A stretch of DNA of 64,000 bases, taken from assembly GCA_024235095.1 (NCBI GenBank), contig JACKNC010000003.1:228904-292903 (forward strand). The letters are read 5' to 3'. The notes beneath the pieces are model-generated. The model ran no database searches, had not been told where the DNA came from, and saw only the letters and a list, made by a program, of their open reading frames with translations. This stretch comes from Gammaproteobacteria bacterium (lineage in GTDB: Bacteria; Pseudomonadota; Gammaproteobacteria; Competibacterales; Competibacteraceae). Both the position numbers and the translations under genes were made by a program. This document shows positions 20,238 through 28,934 of this stretch, in pieces (the stretch's first letter is position 1; every line of letters starts with the position of its first letter).

Positions 20238-20421
20238 ATCGGGGCGCGAGCTGAGCGGAATCGGTCTAATACCGGAGAGCGCATAGGCGCTTGCAGGTGA
20301 TTAGGCCGATTACCGCTCCAGCGAGTTGATAGGCGGAGCGCGCAGCGCGACGCCTGCAACTCGCGTCGAGCGAAGCTCGGCTCGCGCCCCGATAAGCGGA
20401 GCGCGAAGCGCTCCGCTTATC
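20238..20421. repeat. GC-rich nested palindromic element (~185 bp)
   Basis: An outer 14-bp stem ATCGGGGCGCGAGC (20238-20251) pairs with GCTCGCGCCCCGAT (20380-20393). A perfect 14-bp hairpin GATAAGCGGAGCGC-GAA-GCGCTCCGCTTATC lies at 20391-20421. Several inner GCGC-rich stems are also present. Confidence 0.6.
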
Positions 20422-20440
20422 ATATAGCACACCTGATTAT

Positions 20441-20689
20441 GTGGATTCCGTTGTTATAGATGCTACTGATACAAATAGTCCAATTTTCACAGCATTCTCT
20501 GGAAGTGAAATAGCTAAGACAGCAGCACTGCACTACTTTGCTGAAAAATTAAAAGATCAGCGTTATGCATCTATCACTATAAAGACATTAAATAGTTCTA
20601 CTAGTGTTAAGGGTGGTATTTCTAATATTTTAAGATTTATGGCGAATGACCAGGATGGTAATGGGTGTTCAAGTTGGCCGAAAATTTGA
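20441..20689 (+). CDS. Hypothetical small protein (AT-rich ORF, non-ATG start)
   Basis: Open frame only. No recognisable motif. Confidence 0.2.
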   Translation: MDSVVIDATDTNSPIFTAFSGSEIAKTAALHYFAEKLKDQRYASITIKTLNSSTSVKGGISNILRFMANDQDGNGCSSWPKI

Positions 20690-20742
20690 TAAGGGTTTTC
20701 TTCACTCGGAGAAATTAATACTGAGTAATTAGTTTTTAGAAT

Positions 20743-21909
20743 CTACAAAAACGCCCGCAACTCCTTCGGAATCGGATCAACCGGCAGCTCATCTCCCAAC
20801 TCCAACACCACTGCCGCCTCGCCCGGCTTGAGCCAGAACTGCACGACCACCTCACCTCGCACCGCTACCCGATCCAGCCACGGCTGTAGTTCCTGAGCGC
20901 GGGCGTAGTGCAGGGCGAGGATGCCGCTCTGGTAAATCGCCGGGTTGTAGCGCTCCAGGCTCTCCAGCCGTCCGGCTAGGGCGGGCGTCTTGCCGTCGGC
21001 AATCTCCACCTCCCCCAACAGATAGTAGGGGCGGTCGGGATCAATGCGGTTGATCAGTCCGCGCAGCGTCCGTCCGGTCATGTTGATTCGTTCGGCCATC
21101 ACCCGCAGCGGTTCACCCTCGATCAACCGGGCGGAGACCGGCAGCAGGTTGTGATACGCCGCACTCTTGCCCACCGCGCGCGGCTGACCTTCGTACAGCA
21201 CAATCAAGCCATCTTTCCACAGACCAACAACCGGGCAACGGCAGGCGATCCGTTCCAGGGTCAGGTTGTCCGACGCGATCAACTCCAGGTCGTACCAATG
21301 CGTCCCGATCTGGCGCGTGTACTGCTCGACCGAAATGTCGAAGCTCTTGAGCACCGCTTGCAGGGCATCCCGGAAGCCCCAGTGACTGAGCGGATACAAG
21401 GCGACGGTCAGGCTCAGCAGCACCGCCAGCAGAATCATCTCCGCTTTGCTGCCGACCGCCATGCGCCAGTTGCGGTTGCCGGGCGTCACCAGCCGCACCG
21501 GCGAGGGCCAAAACAAATCGACGCCCCGGAGATTCACCATATCAATCCACAAATGCGACCAGTAGCCGCCCACCACGCAACCCCAGTAATGCGGCTGGAT
21601 CAGCGCCAGCGGATAGGCTACGAGGGCCAGCGCCCCGAGGGCGACCAGGGAATGGGTCAGGGTGCGATGGCCAAAGCGGCGCTCCAGCGGCACCGAGGCG
21701 AACCAGAACAGCCGCCCGATCTTGGCGGGGGGATGGTCGATGTCGGGCAGGATGCTGGCGGCCACGATCAGCAACCCGCCGATCAGGTCGGGCTTGTACC
21801 CGAACAGCGTCGCGCCGCCCAGATAGAGCACCGAGGCAAAAGCAGCGTGGGTGCCGAGGGTCAAGGGATTAACCGGAGTGTTGCGCGATCCATTCCTTGA
21901 GCGCCTCAT
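20743..21909 (-). CDS. Membrane-bound metal-dependent hydrolase-like protein (DUF457/YdjM-like N-terminal half) with an uncharacterised ~200-aa C-terminal domain
   Basis: 'ILPDIDHPPAKIGR...GHRTLTHSL...YWSHLWIDMVN' lies within multiple TM segments. The exact start is uncertain because it overlaps brnA. Confidence 0.55.
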   Translation of the reverse strand: MRRSRNGSRNTPVNPLTLGTHAAFASVLYLGGATLFGYKPDLIGGLLIVAASILPDIDHPPAKIGRLFWFASVPLERRFGHRTLTHSLVALGALALVAYPLALIQPHYWGCVVGGYWSHLWIDMVNLRGVDLFWPSPVRLVTPGNRNWRMAVGSKAEMILLAVLLSLTVALYPLSHWGFRDALQAVLKSFDISVEQYTRQIGTHWYDLELIASDNLTLERIACRCPVVGLWKDGLIVLYEGQPRAVGKSAAYHNLLPVSARLIEGEPLRVMAERINMTGRTLRGLINRIDPDRPYYLLGEVEIADGKTPALAGRLESLERYNPAIYQSGILALHYARAQELQPWLDRVAVRGEVVVQFWLKPGEAAVVLELGDELPVDPIPKELRAFL

Positions 21910-22192
21910 CCATTCGCGTCTGCCAGCCTTGGCCCGTGGCCTTGAAGTACGCCACCACTTCGGGCGAGTAGCGCACGGTCAACGCCCGCTTGCGCGGCTT
22001 GCGGCCTGGCCCGCGCGCCCGGCGCAAGGCGGCCAGCGTGGCCTCGACGCCCCCGCCCGGTGTGACGATGGCGCGGCTCCAATCGACCTGATCTTCCTCG
22101 CCCCCCTCATCGGGCGCGGCTTCCAGCGCCGCCGCGATGCACTCAGGGCTGAACGGTCGCAAAGTAGTTTTGAGTTTGGCGTTTGTTGGCAT
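21869..22192 (-). CDS. brnA: BrnA-family antitoxin
   Basis: The C-terminal 'VRYSPEVVAYFKATGQGWQTRMDEALKEWI' is typical of BrnA. It lies downstream of and overlapping brnT. Confidence 0.7.
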   Translation of the reverse strand: MPTNAKLKTTLRPFSPECIAAALEAAPDEGGEEDQVDWSRAIVTPGGGVEATLAALRRARGPGRKPRKRALTVRYSPEVVAYFKATGQGWQTRMDEALKEWIAQHSG

Positions 22193-22415
22193 AGCGGCAT
22201 GAAATCAGATGGGCGGCGGTGGGCCGCTCGGTCCAGACCAGAAAGACGACGCGCCCGCGCCAGAACGCGAGGCTTTGTAGCCGTTGTTCGCCGTAGGCGT
22301 CGCGGTCGTCTTCCACAGTATTCATCGGAGCGTCGAAAACCTCATCAAGCATCGCTAAGTCAATGCCATGCTTGCGCAGGTTTTCTAAACGCTTGGGTTC
22401 ATCCCAGGTGATCAT
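22143..22415 (-). CDS. brnT: BrnT-family (DUF497) toxin
   Basis: 'ITWDEPKRLENLRKHGIDLAMLDEVFDAP...GEQRLQSLAFWRGRVVFLVWTER...HLISCRYANKRQ' matches the BrnT pattern. Confidence 0.75.
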   Translation of the reverse strand: MITWDEPKRLENLRKHGIDLAMLDEVFDAPMNTVEDDRDAYGEQRLQSLAFWRGRVVFLVWTERPTAAHLISCRYANKRQTQNYFATVQP

Positions 22416-22474
22416 GAGTAAATTGTAACTACATTATAGCTTTTTTATGACCGGATCGGGGAACGAACGCGGGG

Positions 22475-23506
22475 TCAATTCGCCTTCCCCGCGCCTTTGA
22501 ACAGAAACACTCGAACCGAGATCACCACCGCCGCCAGCATCCCGGCGAAGATGTACAACTCGGTATCGCCGGTGCCGATGGCCAGGTAACGCGCCCCGAC
22601 CACCGAGGCCAGGGCAATGATCATGACCGGTGTAAAATCCACATAGCGCACCCCCGCCGCATGGCGCATGTCGCGGATCTTGCGCTTGTCCACCAGCCGT
22701 TCCTTGGCCGAGTCGTCCAGCATATCGGCGATGGCTTGCGGGTTGCCGCCGGATTGCTTGACGATATGTCCTACGAACAGGCCGGGCGATTCGATGAGCA
22801 TCCCTTGCCGGGCGATGTATGCCTGGACAATTTCCCGCGTGGCGTCCGGCGTGAGCGGCGGAATCGGAATCTCGGTCATCTTCCACCAGAGCTTGGACAC
22901 GTTGGCTTTCTTCTGGCGGGCGCAGCCGATGACTTGGGCAACCTCGAACACCGCCAGCCAGAACGCGACCAGGGTGGGCGTCAGGCTGGTGAAATCGTCC
23001 ACGGCGATGAGAACCTTGCCGTGATGATCATGCAGGGCGGGGATAATCGCCGCCGTCAAATCCCGCATACTCAAGCGATTCACCTGGCGGCGGATGCGCG
23101 ACCACTCAATCAGTTCGGGCGGCAGGTAGCGGTATTCTTCGGGCAACTCCAGCGCCCCCGAATCGAGCAGGCCAACCGCCAGCAGCTTGCGGGCGATGTC
23201 GACAAACTGCGCCTTGGGTTGATGGTCGGCGATATGGATCACGGTCTGGGTGCGCCGCGTCCGCTCATGACCGTGCTGATTTTGCGCGTCGCCGGTTTCG
23301 GCATCGTGGGGCCAGTCATCGGCTTCGGCATCAACCGGCATCCGCTCAGCCCGCCGCCGCTCCAGGCGTTCCAGGAGCGTTTCCAGGACAGCGGATTTGC
23401 CCACGCCGACCGCACCGGTCAGGAGGAGATGACGGCCTTTCTTGATCTCCTTGAGCGCCTTGTCGACGAGGGCTTCACGCCCAATCAGCCCGGTGATGGC
23501 TTTCAT
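22475..23506 (-). CDS. P-loop AAA-type ATPase with C-terminal transmembrane helices
   Basis: Started at the internal ATG at 23506 ('MKAITGLIGREALV...'). Walker A 'LLLTGAVGVGKSAV', Walker B-like 'VLIAVDDF', and a C-terminal 'FTPVMIIALASVVGARYLAI...IFAGMLAAVVISVRVFLF'. Confidence 0.6.
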   Translation of the reverse strand: MKAITGLIGREALVDKALKEIKKGRHLLLTGAVGVGKSAVLETLLERLERRRAERMPVDAEADDWPHDAETGDAQNQHGHERTRRTQTVIHIADHQPKAQFVDIARKLLAVGLLDSGALELPEEYRYLPPELIEWSRIRRQVNRLSMRDLTAAIIPALHDHHGKVLIAVDDFTSLTPTLVAFWLAVFEVAQVIGCARQKKANVSKLWWKMTEIPIPPLTPDATREIVQAYIARQGMLIESPGLFVGHIVKQSGGNPQAIADMLDDSAKERLVDKRKIRDMRHAAGVRYVDFTPVMIIALASVVGARYLAIGTGDTELYIFAGMLAAVVISVRVFLFKGAGKAN

Positions 23507-23508
23507 GT

Positions 23509-23782
23509 TCAACCCTCCGGCAATTGCTTGCGTTGGCCGCTCAGGTAGTCCAGCAACGGTTGCCACTGTTCCCCGGCCAAGTGCGCGATCTGGCGGCGCT
23601 GGGCATCGAGGAGCAAGTCCAGGCGTTTGGCGGCGGCGGCTTCCACGTTCTGTTTCTGGGCGGCGTCCCAGAGCTTTTCGACTTCCCCCTCGTAGCCGGT
23701 TTTGATGCGCTCTTGCACCCAATCGGCTTTGGCTTTCTGGAAGTCCAGCCGTTCCCCCACCGCCGCCCGCTCGGCTTCCAGT
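23509..23782 (-). pseudogene. Coiled-coil small ORF, 5'-truncated by IS6 copy 3 and ending 2 nt before the ATPase start
   Basis: The frame is open up to the IS6 inverted repeat at 23783. Its stop at 23509-23511 abuts the ATG at 23506. Confidence 0.35.
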
Positions 23783-24592
23783 GGTTCTGTTGCGTTAGCT
23801 GATAGGGTCGGATTTCGGTAAGCTACACGGCCCCTGTCCTGACTTGAGAACCCGCATGATCGATTTTAGAGGCCACCGCTTTGAACGAGACATCATCCTA
23901 ACGAGTGTCCGTTGGTACCTCGCCTATCCGTTGAGCTATCGGAACCTGGAAGAGATGCTGGCGGAGCGGGGTGTCGACGTGGATCATTCCAGCGTCTACC
24001 GCTGGGTCCAGAAGTTTACGCCGCAGTTGGAAGCGGCTTTCCGCAAAGGACAAAAGCGCCCGGTGGGCACAAGTTGGCGGATGGATGAGACCTACATTAA
24101 GGTCAAAGGCCAGTGGAAGTACCTCTACCGCGCGGTTGATCGAGACGGCCAGACGATCGACTTCCTGTTCACGGCGCATCGCGATAAAAAGCCGCCCTGC
24201 GCTTTCTCAAAAAGGCGATACGGCAGCACTGGTCTTCCGGACAAAGTCACGATCGATAAGAGTGGCGCTAACACCCAAATGATGGATGCACTCCAGGAGG
24301 AGACGAATCGCCGCCATTGAGATTCGCCAAAACAAGTACTTAAATAATTTAGTGGAACAAGATCATCGCGCCGTTAAACGGATCGTCCGCCCCATGCTGG
24401 GGTTCAAAGGCTTTCATTCTGCTCAGGGCCCACCCTGCGGGGCATCGAACTCCTGCACATGATCAAGAAGGGCCAAATGATCATGGCCGAAGGGACGAAT
24501 CTCTCCGCCGCAGGACAATTTTATTCACTGGCTGCCTAATAACCTGCAAGGGTTACCCAATCGTGCTCGAAAAAAATTAACGCAACAGAACC
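23783..24592 (+). pseudogene. IS6-family element, copy 3, full length but with a cluster of indels and substitutions in 24185-24440
   Basis: Both inverted repeats are present. The transposase frame is broken (ORF 23844-24320 and following). Sequence outside the cluster matches the other copies. Confidence 0.8.
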
Positions 24593-25257
24593 GTTCGATG
24601 CCCCGCAGGGTGGTCCGAGCAGAATGAAAGCCTTTGAACCCCAGCATGGGGCGGACGATCCGTTTAACGGCGCGATGATCTTGTTCCACTAAATTATTTA
24701 AGTACTTGTTTTGGCGAATCTCAATGGCGGCGCCCGTCTCCTCCTGGAGTGCATCCAGGGCAGCGGTGTTAGCGCCACTCTTATCGATCGTGACTTTGTC
24801 CGGAAGACCGTGCTGCCGTATCGCCTTTTTGAGAAAGCGCAGGGCGGCTTTCTTATCGCGATGCGCCGTGAACAGGAAGTCGATCGTCTGGCCGTCTCGA
24901 TCAACCGCGCGGTAGAGGTACTTCCACTGGCCTTTGACCTTAATGTAGGTCTCATCCATCCGCCAACTTGTGCCCACCGGGCGCTTTTGTCCTTTGCGGA
25001 AAGCCGCTTCCAACTGCGGCGTAAACTTCTGGACCCAGCGGTAGACGCTGGAATGATCCACGTCGACACCCCGCTCCGCCAGCATCTCTTCCAGGTTCCG
25101 ATAGCTCAACGGATAGGCGAGGTACCAACGGACACTCGTTAGGATGATGTCTCGTTCAAAGCGGTGGCCTCTAAAATCGATCATGCGGGTTCTCAAGTCA
25201 GGACAGGGGCCGTGTAGCTTACCGAAATCCGACCCTATCAGCTAACGCAACAGAACC
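24593..25257 (-). mobile_element. IS6-family partial copy (IS positions 1-665), inverted and abutting copy 3
   Basis: It starts with GTTCGATG... (reverse complement of IS positions 658-665) and ends with an intact left inverted repeat at 25257. ORF 24525-25196 carries the transposase N-terminal 206 aa. Confidence 0.85.
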
Positions 25258-25391
25258 CATCGAACTCCTGCACATGATCAAGAAGGGCCAAATGATCATG
25301 GCCGAAGGGACGAATCTCTCCGCCGCAGGACAATTTTATTCACTGGCTGCCTAATAACCTGCAAGGGTTACCCAATCGTGCTCGAAAAAAA
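25258..25391 (+). mobile_element. IS6 3' fragment (IS positions 658 to ~791); its last 23 nt continue at 27724-27746 after an inserted IS
   Basis: It begins with CATCGAAC, overlapping the previous fragment by 8 bp in inverted orientation. It is interrupted at the A7 run just before the right inverted repeat. Confidence 0.85.
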
Positions 25392-26079
25392 TCCTCCTGT
25401 AAATTTTCCTGTGATGCTCTATGCGTTTGAAACTAACCGCAAGTTTGACGGATCATTCGCGGCTTCTTGAGGAAACCAGACAGAATCCCATTCATTATTG
25501 AGTTCGATCACCTTTAAAATGCCTAAACTTCGACTTCCTGCAGGACGCCAACTCATCCCTTTTTTCTTCTGACGACGTCCGATAACTTGATCACAGCCTT
25601 TCTCGATAGAACCACTTCCGATGGGTTTGCCTGCAATCTGACGACTTCGATAATCGATAATTTCATGCTGATGTTTTTCAAGATAATTGATCAGTTCAAG
25701 ATGCTTTTCTGCATTTTTGGGTTGCACCTGCTCGACTAAGTAATTCAAAACCGTGACAACATCACCACGCCAGAGGTGATAGAACATAAACTTTAGATGC
25801 TGATTCTTCTCATCCTTATTCAAGGCAATCATACTCATTAAATCACGAATTTTTTTACCAAGATGGTACCAATCCAGGATAATCAGCACGGTGATACCAA
25901 ATACCGCCCAAAGATGCTCACGAATGATTTTTGCGCCATCTGTAATCGCGATAATCGGCAATGGCTTTTCTTCTTTCCCATAATCTTCAATCACCCGGCT
26001 TTTCAGAATATCAGCAACCGGAATGATCGCTTTCCCCTGTCGATCAATCGGTGCGGTCAGGTATTCAAGATCGCCGTCT

Positions 26080-26750
26080 TTATTAACAACGTAGAAAACC
26101 ACGCCCTTAGGGCGTGGTCAGAGATCAACGGCTTTGCCAGTTGATCGACTCATGGGGTACTACTACGGTTTGTTGTCCCCACAACAGATCGAGAGGAGTA
26201 CTGACCATGAGTCGATTCAGAAAGTTATCACATACGATCTGGCACTGCCAGTATCATATTGTTTGGGTTCCGAAATACCGGTATCGAGTCCTCACAGGGC
26301 ACATTGCAGAAGAGGTATCGCGATGTATTCACGCCTTTTCGGACTATCAAAAAGTGGAAATTGTTGAATTAAATATCCAGGTGGATCATGTTCATCTGTT
26401 GGTGATGATTCCGCCGAAGTTGTCGATTTCTAACTTTGTGGGAACGCTGAAGGGGCGGACGGCCATTCGGGTCTTCAATCGGTTTTGCGAACTGAAAAGG
26501 AGACCCTATTGGGGCAACCACTTTTGGGCGCGCGGCTACTGTGTGGATACGATAGGACTGGATGTCGAGAAGATTCGCAAGTATGTGCGGTATCAAGAGC
26601 GTAAGGAAAGAGACGCCGAACAGCGCGGTTTCGATTTCTAAAGTGAGAACCCATCCTGTGGGGACGACGCCCTTGCCTCCTCAGGGGGCAAGGCAGACTA
26701 TCCCCTTTTAGGGGTTAACCAAAACCACCCGCTTTGCGGGTGGTTTCTTT
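26080..26750 (+). mobile_element. IS200/IS605-family element (IS200-type, tnpA only); boundaries approximate
   Basis: Left-end hairpin AAAACCACGCCCTTAGGGCGTGGT, a Y1 transposase gene, and right-end hairpins (GCCTTGCC.. and AAACCACCCGC-TTTG-CGGGTGGTTT). Confidence 0.8.
26207..26641 (+). CDS. tnpA: IS200/IS605-family Y1 (HUH) transposase TnpA
   Basis: GAGAGGAG lies upstream of the ATG at 26207. 'HCQYHIVWVPKYRYRVL...VDHVHLLVMIPPK...WARGYCVDTIG' gives the HUH and Y motifs. Confidence 0.9.
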   Translation: MSRFRKLSHTIWHCQYHIVWVPKYRYRVLTGHIAEEVSRCIHAFSDYQKVEIVELNIQVDHVHLLVMIPPKLSISNFVGTLKGRTAIRVFNRFCELKRRPYWGNHFWARGYCVDTIGLDVEKIRKYVRYQERKERDAEQRGFDF

Positions 26751-27746
26751 ACTTTCAAAGAGAATGACGTCACTCGATACGGCAGACGTCTTCTTCGGTG
26801 CGGATTTCTCTGGCACTTCTTCCTTTATAACTGATTGTTTTCTTATACGATTTTCTTTCTGACCACGGACTTGAATGGCATCTTCGAAAATCAGAATTTC
26901 CCGACTTTCTGGGTCGTAAATATCAACATCAGGGTCAATGTTGATGACAGAACCACTCGTCTTCGATAAGGTTTCTTCCACTTGCGCGACGCACGCTTGA
27001 CTGAGCGCTTGCGCCTTTTCAACCACCACATGGTGGATTTTTTGGTCACTGAGTTGTCGGAACCCGGTGACCCTCTCTATTAAATCGGATACATCGATAT
27101 AGCTTAAGCGATTGCTATAATAAGCGGAGAATTCTTTTAACCGATCACTCACATAATCTTCCTGAAATTGATCCGTCAAATCAAAGTAGGTTCGATGAGG
27201 CAAACTAGGGTATTCTCGATCAATAAATCGCTGAAGTCTAAATTCAAAAGGTCCATGAAGCGTCTTAATCTTGATGGGTGTTGTCCCATTGCAAATCAAG
27301 TCTTTTTTTATCCTGAATAAAGATGTTTTGAGCCGCTTCTAACAAATCAGCCTGAAGATCCGGTAGTGCATTTTTCTTAAATTCTTCAACTGCACCTTCA
27401 ATACAATGCAAGCTTTGATTTCTCCAATCCAAAGAATATGTTCGTGTGGATCGATGATCAATAATACGACCTTCATCATCACGAAGAATCAATTCAACGG
27501 TCGGCATGGCGCTTCTCCAGATCAAAGAGGAGGCGTGGTTTTTTACAGAATTTCTGGACGCATCCTCAGCCGCCGCCCGATCGGCAGCCTTCCATGGATT
27601 TCGCCCTTTTTCAAAATCAATCAATGCCCTAATAGGCCGGCTCCAAAAGAGTTCTTGAAAAAGCAAAAAGTTAGATATCAGTATACCCTATGGTTTGTCT
27701 ATCACAGGAAAATTTACAGGACCAAAAAAATTAACGCAACAGAACC

Positions 27747-27778
27747 AATCCGACCCTATCAGCTAACGCAACAGAACC
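27747..27778 (-). repeat. Orphan 32-bp IS6 left-end fragment abutting the right end of the interrupted IS6
   Basis: AATCCGACCCTATCAGCTAACGCAACAGAACC is the reverse complement of IS positions 1-32. Confidence 0.8.
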
Positions 27779-27786
27779 ATTAATGT

Positions 27787-27878
27787 TCAGGACTTTCGCT
27801 TATGGGCTATTTTTTACCATATATAGATATTTATTGATCAGAACCATACTTTATATGGTAGCCAAGCGAAAGTCCTGA
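27787..27878. repeat. 92-nt extended imperfect hairpin (MITE-like or structured RNA)
   Basis: A perfect 15-bp inverted repeat TCAGGACTTTCGCTT (27787-27801) pairs with AAGCGAAAGTCCTGA (27864-27878). Inner pairings are GGCT/AGCC and ACCATATA/TATATGGT. Confidence 0.5.
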
Positions 27879-28007
27879 TGTTTTGTCCAGCCCCTCAGAG
27901 GTGTGGTGATGCTAAACACTCATCAAAACCCGCCAAATTCCTGATTGGGGCTGGAGTTTGGCGCCAGGATGCCGCAGTCGGTGGGGCGCGTCCATGTCAT
28001 GAGGACC

Positions 28008-28529
28008 TTATGGAAAGCGAATCTGCGAAAAGTGGCGACCATTCTGAATGGCACAGCGTTCAATCGCCTCCGCTGAGGCAATCCAGCCTCTTTCCTCCAG
28101 AAAAGAGAGGTAAGCGCGGGTGGAAACGCGGTGCACGCTATCGGGCAGATGAAAACTCGCCCGCGCGATCTTGTGATCTTCAAACAGGAAGACGGCCGGT
28201 ACCGCTGGATCTTCCAACCCCAACCGGGTCATGTATTCCTGAACGGCCAGTTCACCCAAACCTGTCTTGCGCGGTGGCGCGCCCTTGCCGGCGGTCGCGT
28301 CGGCCAGACGCTGCTGATAACGCTGCCAGACTTCAGTCGTTACCACCGTCAAGGCATGCTCTTTAACCAACGCGGCGATAGCCTCGCTGGTGGGCGTCCG
28401 GTTACGGGTCACCTCGTGCAACACCATGTCCACGATGTGGACCGGCCAGCCCGGCTGTTGCAGCACGTCCAGTCGGTCGGCGTAGGCCAGCGTGATCAAC
28501 GGTCCGGCATCGGGCACCAGAATCGGCAC
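28008..28529 (-). CDS. PIN-like (DUF3368/COG2405-type) putative toxin
   Basis: 'ILVPDAGPLITLAYADRLDVL' is a PIN-like N-terminus. It is paired with an upstream antitoxin-like gene 5 nt away. Confidence 0.5.
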   Translation of the reverse strand: MPILVPDAGPLITLAYADRLDVLQQPGWPVHIVDMVLHEVTRNRTPTSEAIAALVKEHALTVVTTEVWQRYQQRLADATAGKGAPPRKTGLGELAVQEYMTRLGLEDPAVPAVFLFEDHKIARASFHLPDSVHRVSTRAYLSFLEERGWIASAEAIERCAIQNGRHFSQIRFP

Positions 28530-28534
28530 GGTGC

Positions 28535-28885
28535 TTAACCCGCTAACCGATGTAAGGTATCCACCATCTTACGGGTTTCCACCTCCGGCAAGCGTGGCAT
28601 CGGCAGGCGAGCCTGGGCCATCAGCAGAAACAGATCTTCTTCGCTGTCGATGCCCAGCGTTTTTATGACGGCCTGGTCATCCAGTCGACCCAACGAGAAC
28701 GCCAGCAGCGTGGCATAGTTCTCATTGTGGGCCACCTCACCGGCCTCGTAGGTCTCTACCAGAGAGCGGAGTTGCGCATTCAACAACGCATTCACCGACG
28801 TATCGCTCTTGGCCGCCACGATTTTAGCCCGCTTGAGTAAATCGCGGTCGATGGCGCCTGTAAAATTAACCGTTGTGCTGGCCAT
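28535..28885 (-). CDS. Antitoxin-like protein (RHH-like N-terminus, UPF0175-like C-terminus)
   Basis: Started at the ATG at 28885, preceded by AGGAGG. 'IDRDLLKRAKIVAAKSDTSVNALLNAQLRSLV' resembles a ribbon-helix-helix. Confidence 0.5.
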   Translation of the reverse strand: MASTTVNFTGAIDRDLLKRAKIVAAKSDTSVNALLNAQLRSLVETYEAGEVAHNENYATLLAFSLGRLDDQAVIKTLGIDSEEDLFLLMAQARLPMPRLPEVETRKMVDTLHRLAG

Positions 28886-28920
28886 GATCGACCCTCCTAG
28901 AAACACTTAAAGAAGTGTAG

Positions 28921-28934
28921 CACATATTTATGTG
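28921..28934. promoter_or_regulatory. Perfect palindrome CACATATTTATGTG in the antitoxin promoter region (possible autoregulatory operator)
   Basis: It lies ~36-50 nt upstream of the antitoxin ATG. It overlaps TTGTCA-N16-TACACT on the - strand. Confidence 0.3.

Larger units (their letters stand above)
25419..27666 (-). pseudogene. Transposase of the above IS, in three pieces
   Basis: The pieces are 27265-27666, 26715-27299 (frame change at an A7 run near 27300) and 25419-26102 (separated by the IS200 insertion). The last piece has '...ITDGAKIIREHLW...ILDWYHLGKKI'. Confidence 0.6.
25392..27723 (-). mobile_element. DDE-transposase IS of uncertain family (ISKra4/UPF0236-like?), inserted in an IS6 end and itself carrying an IS200 insertion
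   Basis: 21-bp inverted repeats TCCTGTAAATTTTCCTGTGAT (25395-) and ATCACAGGAAAATTTACAGGA (-27721). A7 lies on both flanks. Confidence 0.65.

Noticed and set aside
21151-23548. Long plus-strand ORFs (21151-21900, 21851-22411, 22661-23548) opposite the DUF457, brnTA and ATPase genes
   Set aside because: Their products are Arg/Gly/Pro-rich and low-complexity. The minus-strand frames carry the recognisable motifs.
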